A stretch of DNA of 47,272 bases, taken from contig JALXBF010000133.1 of the NCBI GenBank assembly GCA_026991575.1, positions 1-47,272 on the forward strand, read 5' to 3'. This document shows, piece by piece, positions 9,525 through 18,243 of the stretch. Each line of letters begins with the position of its first letter. The first letter of the stretch is position 1. Position numbers and translations under genes: made by a program. Under the pieces are notes generated by a model. That model did not search any database. It was not told the origin of the DNA and saw only the letters and a list, made by a program, of their open reading frames with translations. Source of the stretch: Planctomycetota bacterium (GTDB taxonomy: Bacteria; Planctomycetota; Planctomycetia; JALXBF01).

Positions 9525-10676
9525 TCATGCTGCAAGCCGACCAGCGGCGCGGCGGCCGGCAAATTCAAGGATTTCGCGGGCCGTTGCCATGGTTGCGCCG
9601 CGCCGCGCGAACAGTGCCCGGATCCGCCGGATCTCGCGGCAAATGGCGTCATGAGCTGCAGGATCGGTAAGCCAGGGAATCAGGTGCGCGAGCATCCAGT
9701 CGGTCGCCTCTGCCCAGCTGACCAACTCCGGATAGACCATGCGTCCGGCTGCGATGTTCGGCAGCGAGATGTAGCGCACCCTGGCAATGCCGGTCGCCAG
9801 GCCGAATCGGTAGATGCCATACTCTGCGCGCGGCACGCGGTAATAGATCACCGCCGGCTTAGCGAACCAGAGCAGCTCCATGGTGATCGAGCCGGACTTT
9901 GCCACGCAGCAGTGTGCGGAGGCAATCGCCTGAGGGGTCTGACCGACCACGCACTGTAGCGGCACCCCTGCCTTGCGCGCCTGTGCGCGCACCCAAGCGG
10001 CATGTTCGGCCGTACGGCATGCTGCCACGAATTCAACGTCAGCAACTCGCTTCCGCACCGCGGCCGCGGTCCGGATCATGGGCCGGGTCATCCGACGCAC
10101 CTCACTGCCGCGGCTTCCCGGCAGCAGCACGACACGGCGTACCCCGGGTGCCGGCGGGGCCAACGGCTGAACGTTCGCCAGCTCATCAAAGTACGGGTGT
10201 CCCACATAGCGAGCGTCGACCCCGCGTTGACGGTACCATGGCTCTTCAAACGGATACGCGCAGAGCACACGGTCGACGAGCCGACGCATCTTGCGCACGC
10301 GCCACGAGCCCCAGGCCCACAGCTGAGGCGCCAGGAAGTACAGAACCGGCACGCCCGCAGCCCGCGCCGCTCGTGCCACCCACCAATTGAAACCGGGGTA
10401 GTCAACCAGCACAACCGCATCCGGCCGGGTCGTGCGCAGCACGTCGCGGACCCGCTGGTAAAGGCCCCAGAAAAACGGCACACTCCGTACGGCTTCCAAC
10501 ACCCCGATCACCGGCCGATCAACCAGCCGGTACAGCAGGTCGCAACCAGCCGCCTCCATGGCCGGCCCCCCCAGTCCGAAGAAGGTCGTCTGCGGATTGA
10601 GCCTTCGGATGGCCCGCAGCACACGCGCGGTGTGAATGTCGCCGCTTGGATCGCCTGCCGAAAAGAATAGCCGCAT
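9525..10676 (-). CDS. lpxB: Lipid-A-disaccharide synthase
   Basis: MRLFFSAGDPSGDIH, VDYPGFNW, PQLWAW, YVGHP, LLPGSR, KSGSITMEL, YISLPNI. Confidence 0.95.
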   Translation of the reverse strand: MRLFFSAGDPSGDIHTARVLRAIRRLNPQTTFFGLGGPAMEAAGCDLLYRLVDRPVIGVLEAVRSVPFFWGLYQRVRDVLRTTRPDAVVLVDYPGFNWWVARAARAAGVPVLYFLAPQLWAWGSWRVRKMRRLVDRVLCAYPFEEPWYRQRGVDARYVGHPYFDELANVQPLAPPAPGVRRVVLLPGSRGSEVRRMTRPMIRTAAAVRKRVADVEFVAACRTAEHAAWVRAQARKAGVPLQCVVGQTPQAIASAHCCVAKSGSITMELLWFAKPAVIYYRVPRAEYGIYRFGLATGIARVRYISLPNIAAGRMVYPELVSWAEATDWMLAHLIPWLTDPAAHDAICREIRRIRALFARRGATMATAREILEFAGRRAAGRLAA

Positions 10677-10882
10677 CGGTTGCACTCCACGAAATCGCTC
10701 GCCCCCTAGTCTTGCCGCGGCGCCGCTCGCTGTGAAGGGCGATCCGTTGCGTCCACTCCATCCTCCGCACACGCCGCGCCCGCAGACAGCGCGGCAAGAG
10801 GTGTCGCCGATCGGCCTGCACGGAAGGCAGGCTACAATAAGCGTGAGTCATCTTCCTGGTTGCCCGCCCCGGGAGAACCGTC

Positions 10883-11203
10883 ATGGAACCAGGTCTGCAG
10901 GGGCAGATCTTCGGCTGGGTGGGCGCCGTGCTCGGGACGGCAGTGGGCGTAGCCGGAGGAGCGATCGGGACCTACCTGGCGATCGCAAACACCTCCGGGC
11001 CACGGGAACGTGCCTTCGCGCTCAAGGCGGCTGCGGCTTGCTGGGGGCTAGTGGCGTTGTACATCCTCGCCCTGTTCGTGGTACCGCCCCCCTTCCGACA
11101 TTTCCTGTGGGCTCCCTACGGACTAGTCCTGACCGGTTGCATTCTGTGGTGGAACCGGCGTCAGGCAAGCATTCGGCGGTCGGAGCGCGAAACTAGCCCG
11201 TAG
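10883..11203 (+). CDS. Small membrane protein (about 3 TM), unknown function
   Basis: GGGAGA RBS; Gly-rich first helix and two further hydrophobic helices. Confidence 0.7.
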   Translation: MEPGLQGQIFGWVGAVLGTAVGVAGGAIGTYLAIANTSGPRERAFALKAAAACWGLVALYILALFVVPPPFRHFLWAPYGLVLTGCILWWNRRQASIRRSERETSP

Positions 11204-11475
11204 CAGCAGCTGGGCTTACGGCTTTCCCCCCGCAGGCCGCAAGCACTGATACCGGTCCGGCCTGCTGCAGGCCAAGCTACGAACGATCAACCCGAACTCG
11301 CGGCCGCGGACCCGGGCCGCGTTAGCTGGTAGGCTTGCTGTACCACCTTTCCCGTCCGCCACGTTTCCCGCCCGATCCGGTTGCGGTTTCGGCTCGGCTG
11401 CGGCAGGGCGCACCGGGCACGATGCCGGACTGGACTTCTGTTGGTTCGTGACCGCAGCGATGGCGATTGGGGGGA

Positions 11476-12081
11476 CTATTTCGAAGCGGTCGACGGTGTG
11501 TGCTCGCCCTCCGATCCGGGGCCTTGGCGGCCGGTAAGCCCAAGTTGCTCGGCGATCGGCTTCATTGCATCGATCACGAACTGGATGTGTTCCTTCAAGT
11601 CGACCCCCAACGCCTCGGCTCCACGCCGGATGTCGTCGCGGTTCACGCCGGCCGCGAACGACTTCTGCTTCAACTTCTTGATCACGCTCTTGGCCGTCAG
11701 GTCGAGAATTCCGTTGGGCCGCATCAACGCGACCGCCGTGATGAAACCAGCCAGCTCATCACAGGCGTACAGTGCCTTGTCCATCAGCGAGATCCGCGGA
11801 CAGTCCAGATAGTCGGCATGGGACTTGATGGCATAGATTACGTCCTCGGGGTAGCCGCGCTGGCGAAGGATCTCTGCACCTTTCAGCGGGTGGTCGGGCG
11901 GGTTAGGCCAACGCTCGTAGTCGAAGTCGTGCAAGAGCCCCACGATGCCCCACTTCTCCTCATCCTCACCGAACTTGCGTGCATAGGCGCGCATAGCCGC
12001 CTCGACCGCCAACATGTGTCGCCGCAGGCTCTCACTCTTCGTGTACTCACAGACCAGCTGCCACGCCTCGTCTCGATTCAT
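11476..12081 (-). CDS. HDIG-domain metal-dependent phosphohydrolase
   Basis: LRRHMLAVEA, GLLHDFDYE, AIKSH, ACDELAGFI, KSFAAGVNR. Confidence 0.88.
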   Translation of the reverse strand: MNRDEAWQLVCEYTKSESLRRHMLAVEAAMRAYARKFGEDEEKWGIVGLLHDFDYERWPNPPDHPLKGAEILRQRGYPEDVIYAIKSHADYLDCPRISLMDKALYACDELAGFITAVALMRPNGILDLTAKSVIKKLKQKSFAAGVNRDDIRRGAEALGVDLKEHIQFVIDAMKPIAEQLGLTGRQGPGSEGEHTPSTASK

Positions 12082-12190
12082 CGCTTCGCGCGCTCCACGC
12101 TGTGGTTTCCTAGCTCTGGTCGGTTCGTCTAGAATCGTTGCGACGAATCCAAGAGAGTCAATTGCAGTGCTCTGTCGACGGGGAGAAATC

Positions 12191-12940
12191 GTGGCCGACG
12201 AAGCCCAACTGCGTCATGCGGCCGAGTTGCTGGCAGCCTCCCAGCGACCTGCCGCGTTCACGGGAGCGGGTATCTCCGCTGAAAGCGGCATCCCCACGTA
12301 CCGGGACCTGGGCGGCCTCTGGCAGCAGTACAGCATCGAGGAGGTGGCAACACCTCAAGGCTTCGAGCGAGATCCGCGGAAGGTCTGGGAGTTCTACAAC
12401 GCGCGCCGTAACCAGCTCTGGGAGATCGAACCCAACCGGGGTCACTACGCACTGGCCGAGCTGCAGGAGCTGTTCCCTGATTTCGTCATCATTACCCAGA
12501 ACGTGGACCGGTTGCACCAGAAGGCAGGCAGCAAACGCGTCATCGAACTGCATGGCAACCTGCATGAGGTGCGGTGCGTCGATTGCGGTGCCACGTTCGA
12601 CAAAGTCGGCGAGTCGCTTGATCCGTTGCCACGGTGTGAGCGGTGCAGTGGCCTGCTGCGACCGAACGTGGTCTGGTTCGGTGAGCCGCTTCCGGAAGAG
12701 GCCTGGAAAGCAGCAACCGAGACAGTCCGTCGATGCGATTGTCTTCTGGTCGTCGGCACGAGCGCCCAGGTGTACCCGGCGGCCAGCCTGGTTGACATGG
12801 CTCGTGCTTCAGGGGCCCGGGTCCTGGAGTTCAACCTTGACCGGACCCCGGTCAGTGACGTTGCCGACGTGGCACTGTCGGGTAAAGCGGGTGAGTTGCT
12901 GCCGCAAGTGGTAACCTTGTGCCGGCAGCTCAAGCGATGA
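12191..12940 (+). CDS. cobB: NAD-dependent protein deacylase (sirtuin, class III-like)
   Basis: GTG 12191 after GGGAGA; FTGAGISAESGIPTYR, WEFYNARR, TQNVDRLH, ELHGN, CxxC pairs, RPNVVWFGE, VGTSAQVYPA. Confidence 0.93.
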   Translation: MADEAQLRHAAELLAASQRPAAFTGAGISAESGIPTYRDLGGLWQQYSIEEVATPQGFERDPRKVWEFYNARRNQLWEIEPNRGHYALAELQELFPDFVIITQNVDRLHQKAGSKRVIELHGNLHEVRCVDCGATFDKVGESLDPLPRCERCSGLLRPNVVWFGEPLPEEAWKAATETVRRCDCLLVVGTSAQVYPAASLVDMARASGARVLEFNLDRTPVSDVADVALSGKAGELLPQVVTLCRQLKR

Positions 12941-13216
12941 GGTCCCGGCGGGCTGCGTCGGTTTGCAAAGTTACTCAGGGGTGGGTCGGCAGGCTCGCCG
13001 GACGTACATAGCCTGTGGCTGCAACCCGCTCGGGCGGCGTTGCTTTCGGTAGCGCTTCGGTTTGCGGCGGCGTAGAAGCCATTGGCGGGCGGTAGCCAAC
13101 CTGGGCGTCAGCCGGGCATGTTGGCCGTCTCGGCACCGCGTTCGCACGGCGCTTTTCCGCGCCCCCCTTACTCAGCCCGTGCGCACCGTCCGGCAAGCCG
13201 GCATGCGGTGCGGTGA

Positions 13217-13780
13217 TCACTGGTGCTCAGGCTCGTCGGTGGCAGTGGCCGTCATGGTACGGAGCAGTTCGTCGAGTTCCCGCTCCAGCTCTGGACAGGT
13301 GCCTTCGAGCACGGCGAGCACCCGTCGGCTTTCCTCGACGAATCGCTCTCGCCGCGCCCTATCGAAGGACGCGCCCAGGTGTCTGAGGTTATCGATACGA
13401 TCCGCAAGCTTGATCAGTCGAGCCTCGGTCGACGCGGAAGCCAGTCGCTGGAACATCTCCTCATGCCGCCGGCTCTTGGGGAGACGGCTATCGTTGGTCA
13501 GTTCGGCAACGATCCGTGCAACGCGCGGACCACATGCTCGCTCGACTTCGTCGAACCGCGCGCCAGAGTCCTCGATGACATCATGCAATAGCGCGGCGGC
13601 GATGAGTTCCGGGTCGTCGTCGCCCACGGTCCGGCGCACCAGCTCGGCCACCCGGAATGGGTGGAGCACATACGGCACGGTCCCGTCCGGTTCACCGCGC
13701 TGCTGCCCATGATGCGACTGGATTGCCAGATGGAGGGCTCGGGCCAGAAGCTCGATCGCTGCGGCGCGAGCGTCGTTCAT
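13217..13780 (-). CDS. Stand-alone RelA/SpoT-type HD hydrolase (small alarmone hydrolase/Mesh1-like)
   Basis: HHGQQR, PYVLHP, AAALLHDVIED, ELTND, LIKLADRIDN; no synthetase domain. Confidence 0.85.
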   Translation of the reverse strand: MNDARAAAIELLARALHLAIQSHHGQQRGEPDGTVPYVLHPFRVAELVRRTVGDDDPELIAAALLHDVIEDSGARFDEVERACGPRVARIVAELTNDSRLPKSRRHEEMFQRLASASTEARLIKLADRIDNLRHLGASFDRARRERFVEESRRVLAVLEGTCPELERELDELLRTMTATATDEPEHQ

Positions 13781-13795
13781 GCGATCGCTCCCCGA

Positions 13796-14293
13796 CTAGA
13801 GGACCGGCCCTGATAGGAGATCTGCCTCGGTCAGCACTTCGAAGCCCTCTCGCCTCAGCACGTCTACGGCCATTTCGTGGTCGTCCACGTGCAGGGCGAT
13901 AGCCGCGCGGCCATGGGGGTGGAAGATGAGCGGGTAGGCGTAGTGGATGTTGATCTCCGCTCGCAGCAGCGCCGTGCAGATCTCGCCCAATGGCTGGTGA
14001 CTGCGTGGTAACGCGACGGCGATGAGGTCACTTTCGGCGATCGGATAGCCGGCGCGCTCCAGAATCTCCCTGCCCTGCTCCGGATGACTGAGCACCATGC
14101 GCACGATGGCGCAGTCCACCGAGTCGATGATGCTCAGCGCGACGATACGCACCTTGCTTCCCTCGAAGCGTCGGACCAGGTCGTGCAGTTGGCCGACACG
14201 GTTCTCCAGGAACACAGAATACTGACGGATACTGGGCCAGTCGCGGCCGCGCTCCGTCTTGAATCCGCTTCGTGCTTCTCCACCGTAGCTCAT
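13796..14293 (-). CDS. Tandem ACT-domain protein
   Basis: QYSVFLENRVGQL and AEINIHYAYP, typical of two-ACT proteins. Confidence 0.8.
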   Translation of the reverse strand: MSYGGEARSGFKTERGRDWPSIRQYSVFLENRVGQLHDLVRRFEGSKVRIVALSIIDSVDCAIVRMVLSHPEQGREILERAGYPIAESDLIAVALPRSHQPLGEICTALLRAEINIHYAYPLIFHPHGRAAIALHVDDHEMAVDVLRREGFEVLTEADLLSGPVL

Positions 14294-14413
14294 CGCGACG
14301 TGCCTCTTTCAGGCGCCCCCGGGTCGGTGTGCGCCGGGCCGGGGGGTTGGCCCTATCGAACACCTTGCACAGAAACCAGTTGCCGCATTCCCCGCGCCAG
14401 CCTCTCAACCATT

Positions 14414-15283
14414 TTATCGGCCGTTCAACCGCCACTCCGCAGCCATGACCGTGTTGGCCAACAACATCGCGACCGTCATCGGCCCGACCCCGCCGGGCAC
14501 GGGCGTGATCGCACCCGCCACGGCCGCCACTTCCTCGTATGCCACATCCCCCACAAGCCGACCATCGAAACGGTTGATGCCTACGTCGATGACTACTGCC
14601 CCGGGCGACACCATGTCCGCCCGCAGGAAGCCCGCTCGGCCGATGGCCACCACGACGATGTCGGCTGCCCGCGTGATCCTGGCCAGCTCGCGCGTGCGGC
14701 TGTGGCAGACCGTCACCGTGGCATCTCCCCCTTCACCTTTGCGCAGCAGCAGCAGCGCCAGTGGCCGACCCACGAGATTGCTGCGACCGACGATGACCAC
14801 GTGCCGTCCGGCAATTGGGATGTCGTAGTACTGGAGCAGCCGCTGGATGCCCAGCGGGGTGCACGGTACAAAGCGCGGTCGGCCGGCGGCCAGCAGGCCG
14901 TAATTGTGCGGATGAAAGCCATCCACGTCTTTGGCCGGGTCAATGGCATCGATCACTGCCCGTTGGTCAATGCCGTTGGGCAGCGGAAGTTGAACCAGGA
15001 TGCCGTCTACGTCGTCTGCACGGTTCAGCCGACCGATCAGGGCAAGCACATCTGCGGTTGTCGCCGTCCCGGGCAACTGATGCAACCAACTGGCAATGCC
15101 CACCTTTTCGCATGCTCGCCGCTTGTTCCGCACATACACGTGGCTGGCCGGGTCATCGCCCACCAGCACGGCCGCCAGACCGGGTGGCCGGCCATGCTGT
15201 TGCCGGATGCGCGCCGCATCGGCGGCGACCTGACGGCGCACTGCCGCCGCCACCTCTTTGCCGTCCAGAATTCGTGCGGCCAC
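14414..15283 (-). CDS. folD: Methylenetetrahydrofolate dehydrogenase/cyclohydrolase
   Basis: YVRNK, GILVQLPLP, KDVDGFHP, PCTPLG, GRSNLVGRP, ITPVPGGVGPMT. Confidence 0.97.
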   Translation of the reverse strand: MAARILDGKEVAAAVRRQVAADAARIRQQHGRPPGLAAVLVGDDPASHVYVRNKRRACEKVGIASWLHQLPGTATTADVLALIGRLNRADDVDGILVQLPLPNGIDQRAVIDAIDPAKDVDGFHPHNYGLLAAGRPRFVPCTPLGIQRLLQYYDIPIAGRHVVIVGRSNLVGRPLALLLLRKGEGGDATVTVCHSRTRELARITRAADIVVVAIGRAGFLRADMVSPGAVVIDVGINRFDGRLVGDVAYEEVAAVAGAITPVPGGVGPMTVAMLLANTVMAAEWRLNGR

Positions 15284-15294
15284 GAGCGCTCCCC

Positions 15295-15960
15295 CTAGTC
15301 TGTTACCCTGAACTTCTCGATTGCTTCCGGGGTTCCGACCACCAGCAATACCTGCTCCTCGCGCAGCTCCGTCTGGGGATCGGGGTTGAAGCGAAAGTCG
15401 GTATCGAAGACGGTGTCTTTCACGGCGATGACGTTGATCCCGTACCGCCGACGGAGGTCGGCCTGCTGGAGGGTCTTACCCTCGAGCGACTTCGGCACGG
15501 TGATCTGCGCAAGCATGTGGCCAGCTCCGAGCATGAGCTGTTGCAGGACATTTGGCCAGGCGATCTCGTCGGCCAGGCTGCGGGCACGTTCCACTTCGGG
15601 AAAGACCGTCTTGTCCACGCCCAGCCGTTTCAGAATCTTCTCGTGATCCCGGCTGATTGCCTTGCAGATCACACGTCGGGCCTTCATCTCCTTCAGATGC
15701 AGGCACGCGAGGATGCTGGCCGTGAAGTCCTCACCCAGACTCACCACCACGGCATCGGCCTTGTCCACGGGCAGCTGTTCCAGCGTCCTGCGGTCGGTCG
15801 CGTCCGCGACCAGTGCTTCGTAGAGCGTGTCCTGGAGCTCGGCAACGCGCTCTTCGTCCGAGTCCACGCCGGTTACCCGTACCTTGTCCACGGCTAACCG
15901 CTCAGCAACGGCAGCACCAAACGTTCCGAGCCCCAGGCAGATCACGTGGCGTGCTTGCAT
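15295..15960 (-). CDS. ktrA: Trk/Ktr potassium uptake NAD-binding subunit
   Basis: GLGTFG Rossmann motif, VFPE, C-terminal TrkA-C domain (LRRRYGINVIAVK). Confidence 0.88.
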   Translation of the reverse strand: MQARHVICLGLGTFGAAVAERLAVDKVRVTGVDSDEERVAELQDTLYEALVADATDRRTLEQLPVDKADAVVVSLGEDFTASILACLHLKEMKARRVICKAISRDHEKILKRLGVDKTVFPEVERARSLADEIAWPNVLQQLMLGAGHMLAQITVPKSLEGKTLQQADLRRRYGINVIAVKDTVFDTDFRFNPDPQTELREEQVLLVVGTPEAIEKFRVTD

Positions 15961-15965
15961 GGCTG

Positions 15966-17348
15966 TTATCCGATGTAGACGGGTTCTACAGGGTACTCCA
16001 CAAACCTTCGCTGCGGACGGTGCGAAAGGGCGACGAACACCGTGATTGGGCCCAGCCGCCCGATCAGCATCGCGACGATCAGCAGCAACTTGGCCGGCGT
16101 GCTTAGTGAGGGCGTTACGCCGGTGCTGAGGCCAACCGTGCCGAGCGCGGAGATCGTTTCAAAGAAGGCGTCCAGGAAGAAGGCATGCTCTTCGGAGGGC
16201 GACAGGCTTGCCTGCTCGGCAATCAGCACGGCCGCCAACATCACCATACCGATCACGGCAAACAGCAAGCTGGTCGCGATCGCTCGATTCACGGTTTCCG
16301 AACTGATGGTGCGGCGAAAAGCGAACACATGCTCGTGCCCGCCCAGCCGGCGCCAGGCGACCAGGACCAGCACCATCAGGGTCGATACCTTGAACCCCCC
16401 CGCTGTCGAGCACGGCCCCGCCCCCACCGACATCAACATGGTCGAGATCCACAGCGACGCGCTGCGCAGCTCGTCGGTGGGCACCGTGTTGAAACCGGCT
16501 GTCCGGCAGGTGACCGCTTGAAACAGGGCCGCGAGCAGTTTCACGGGCAGCGTGTCGGCCTGGAGCGTGTTGTGCCACTCCAACGCCAGGAACGCAAGCC
16601 AGCTTATCGCCAACAGTGCCCCCGTGCCCGCCAGCATCAGTTTACTGTGCAGTGACAGTCGCCACGGCTCTCGCCGGTATGCCCGTACCGCCGCACGGCC
16701 AAGATCGGCCAGCACCGGGAACCCAAGTCCGCCGAAAACAACCAAAACCATGATCGTGCCGCTGTACCACAGATCGCCGCGAAAGCGTTCGAGGCTGTCG
16801 TCATACAGCGAGAAGCCGGCATTGCAAAAAGCGGAAATCGAATGGAACAGAGCCCCCCAGAGTCCCTCATCGGGCCCCGTTCCCATCACCAGCGCATGAC
16901 CGGCAAGCGATAAGAACCCGGCGAACTCAAAGCCAAGGATCAGGGCCAGGATGCGGCCGAGCAGGCCAGCCAGGTGACGGCCGGGCTCCGAGCCCAGCGC
17001 TTCGGCAGCCGCCACGCGCTGGTGCATCGTGTCGCCACGACCGGTGGCCAGGGTCACAAAGGTCGTTACGGTCACGATTCCGATGCCACCGAGCTGAATG
17101 AGGCCGAGAATCACCAGTTGGCCCGCAAAGGAGTAGTCGTGCCCGGTTGATCGGACAGTCAGCCCTGTGACGCAGAGCGCACTTGTGGCAGTAAACAGCG
17201 CGTCCACCAGGCTGACCGGCCGGCTGCTGTCGTTGACGCTCCAGGGCATCATCAACAGCACCGTGCCCAGGGCGATGACCAACATGTAGGCGATGAACGC
17301 GAACCGGGCCGGGTACTGCTGTAATGCCCCGACGACTCGAGTGGCCAT
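15966..17348 (-). CDS. ktrB: Trk/Ktr potassium uptake membrane subunit
   Basis: Four pore loops SALCVTGL, SAFCNAGFS, TCRTAGFN, SALGTVGLS; MLIGRLGP. Confidence 0.92.
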   Translation of the reverse strand: MATRVVGALQQYPARFAFIAYMLVIALGTVLLMMPWSVNDSSRPVSLVDALFTATSALCVTGLTVRSTGHDYSFAGQLVILGLIQLGGIGIVTVTTFVTLATGRGDTMHQRVAAAEALGSEPGRHLAGLLGRILALILGFEFAGFLSLAGHALVMGTGPDEGLWGALFHSISAFCNAGFSLYDDSLERFRGDLWYSGTIMVLVVFGGLGFPVLADLGRAAVRAYRREPWRLSLHSKLMLAGTGALLAISWLAFLALEWHNTLQADTLPVKLLAALFQAVTCRTAGFNTVPTDELRSASLWISTMLMSVGAGPCSTAGGFKVSTLMVLVLVAWRRLGGHEHVFAFRRTISSETVNRAIATSLLFAVIGMVMLAAVLIAEQASLSPSEEHAFFLDAFFETISALGTVGLSTGVTPSLSTPAKLLLIVAMLIGRLGPITVFVALSHRPQRRFVEYPVEPVYIG

Positions 17349-17532
17349 CGACGTCGCTCACTCGGCGAGGACCACAACCTCCAGCATCAGGCAAGCTGTT
17401 GCACCAGTGCCCGCGGGGAACACGGCGGCTATAGGGAAACTCACCCGCTGTCTGCGGTACCGGGCACTGTGGCCGTGCGGCGTTCCCGACCGCCGAATGG
17501 ACGCGGAGCAAGCCGTGGCTTCGGTGAGGGCA

Positions 17533-18243
17533 CTAGTCGTGAAGGCATTCTAATAGGGTCGTCAACGAGGAAACCGTCCACCCGGGACACTCTTTCTGGA
17601 ACCGATCAGATCGATCCACCAGGACCGCCGTCAGCCCTGCGGCACGCGCACCGAGCAGGTCGTTCACGTAGCTGTCCCCCACGTACAGTACGCGGTCCGC
17701 CGGACAGCGACAGGTCTCAACGAGCGCATCAAAGAACCGTTGGTGCGGCTTGCGGTAGCCCACCAGCGACGACACCACGCAGCCACGCAGCTGCTCATCG
17801 AGCCGCAATCCGCGACAGACAGCCAACAGCCTGCGGTCAAAATTGGAAGCCAGCACAACAGGCATGCCGAGCGCCGTGGCGGCCTGCAGAAGCTGCCGGG
17901 CGTCGTCGTAGAGCTGCCATGCGTCGGCACGGGCGAAATGCCCAAAGAGCCGCTCGAAGCAGGCGTTGCGCGCTGTCTCGGGCAGCTCAGCAAAGACGCT
18001 GTGGACGATTCGCCGCCAGCGCGCGTGTTCGCGGTCTTCATCGGTGCGCAGCAAGCCGCTGCCGAGGTCGTGGCCTTCCTCGGCCAGGTACGCGGCGCGC
18101 AATCTCCGAGCTGCCTCCTCCACGCTCAGCCGTGCACCGAACTCCTGGCCCACGCGGTGATAGGCAACCGCCGCAGCCGGCTGCGGACGCAGCACGGTAC
18201 CGACCGCATCCAGGGCCAAGCAGGAAAACTTACCGGGCAACAT
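17533..18243 (-). CDS. HAD-IA family hydrolase
   Basis: LDAVGTV, ASNFD, KPH, YVGDSYVNDLLGA. Confidence 0.88.
   Translation of the reverse strand: MLPGKFSCLALDAVGTVLRPQPAAAVAYHRVGQEFGARLSVEEAARRLRAAYLAEEGHDLGSGLLRTDEDREHARWRRIVHSVFAELPETARNACFERLFGHFARADAWQLYDDARQLLQAATALGMPVVLASNFDRRLLAVCRGLRLDEQLRGCVVSSLVGYRKPHQRFFDALVETCRCPADRVLYVGDSYVNDLLGARAAGLTAVLVDRSDRFQKECPGWTVSSLTTLLECLHD

Noticed and set aside
9390..9525. Moco/Wco riboswitch upstream of the AOR operon
   Set aside because: Leader is short and I could not recognise the conserved structure; an Infernal scan would be needed
14084..15897. Long plus-strand ORFs (404 and 360 aa)
   Set aside because: Antisense shadows of folD and ktrA in GC-rich DNA; the same applies to most overlapping ORFs in the track
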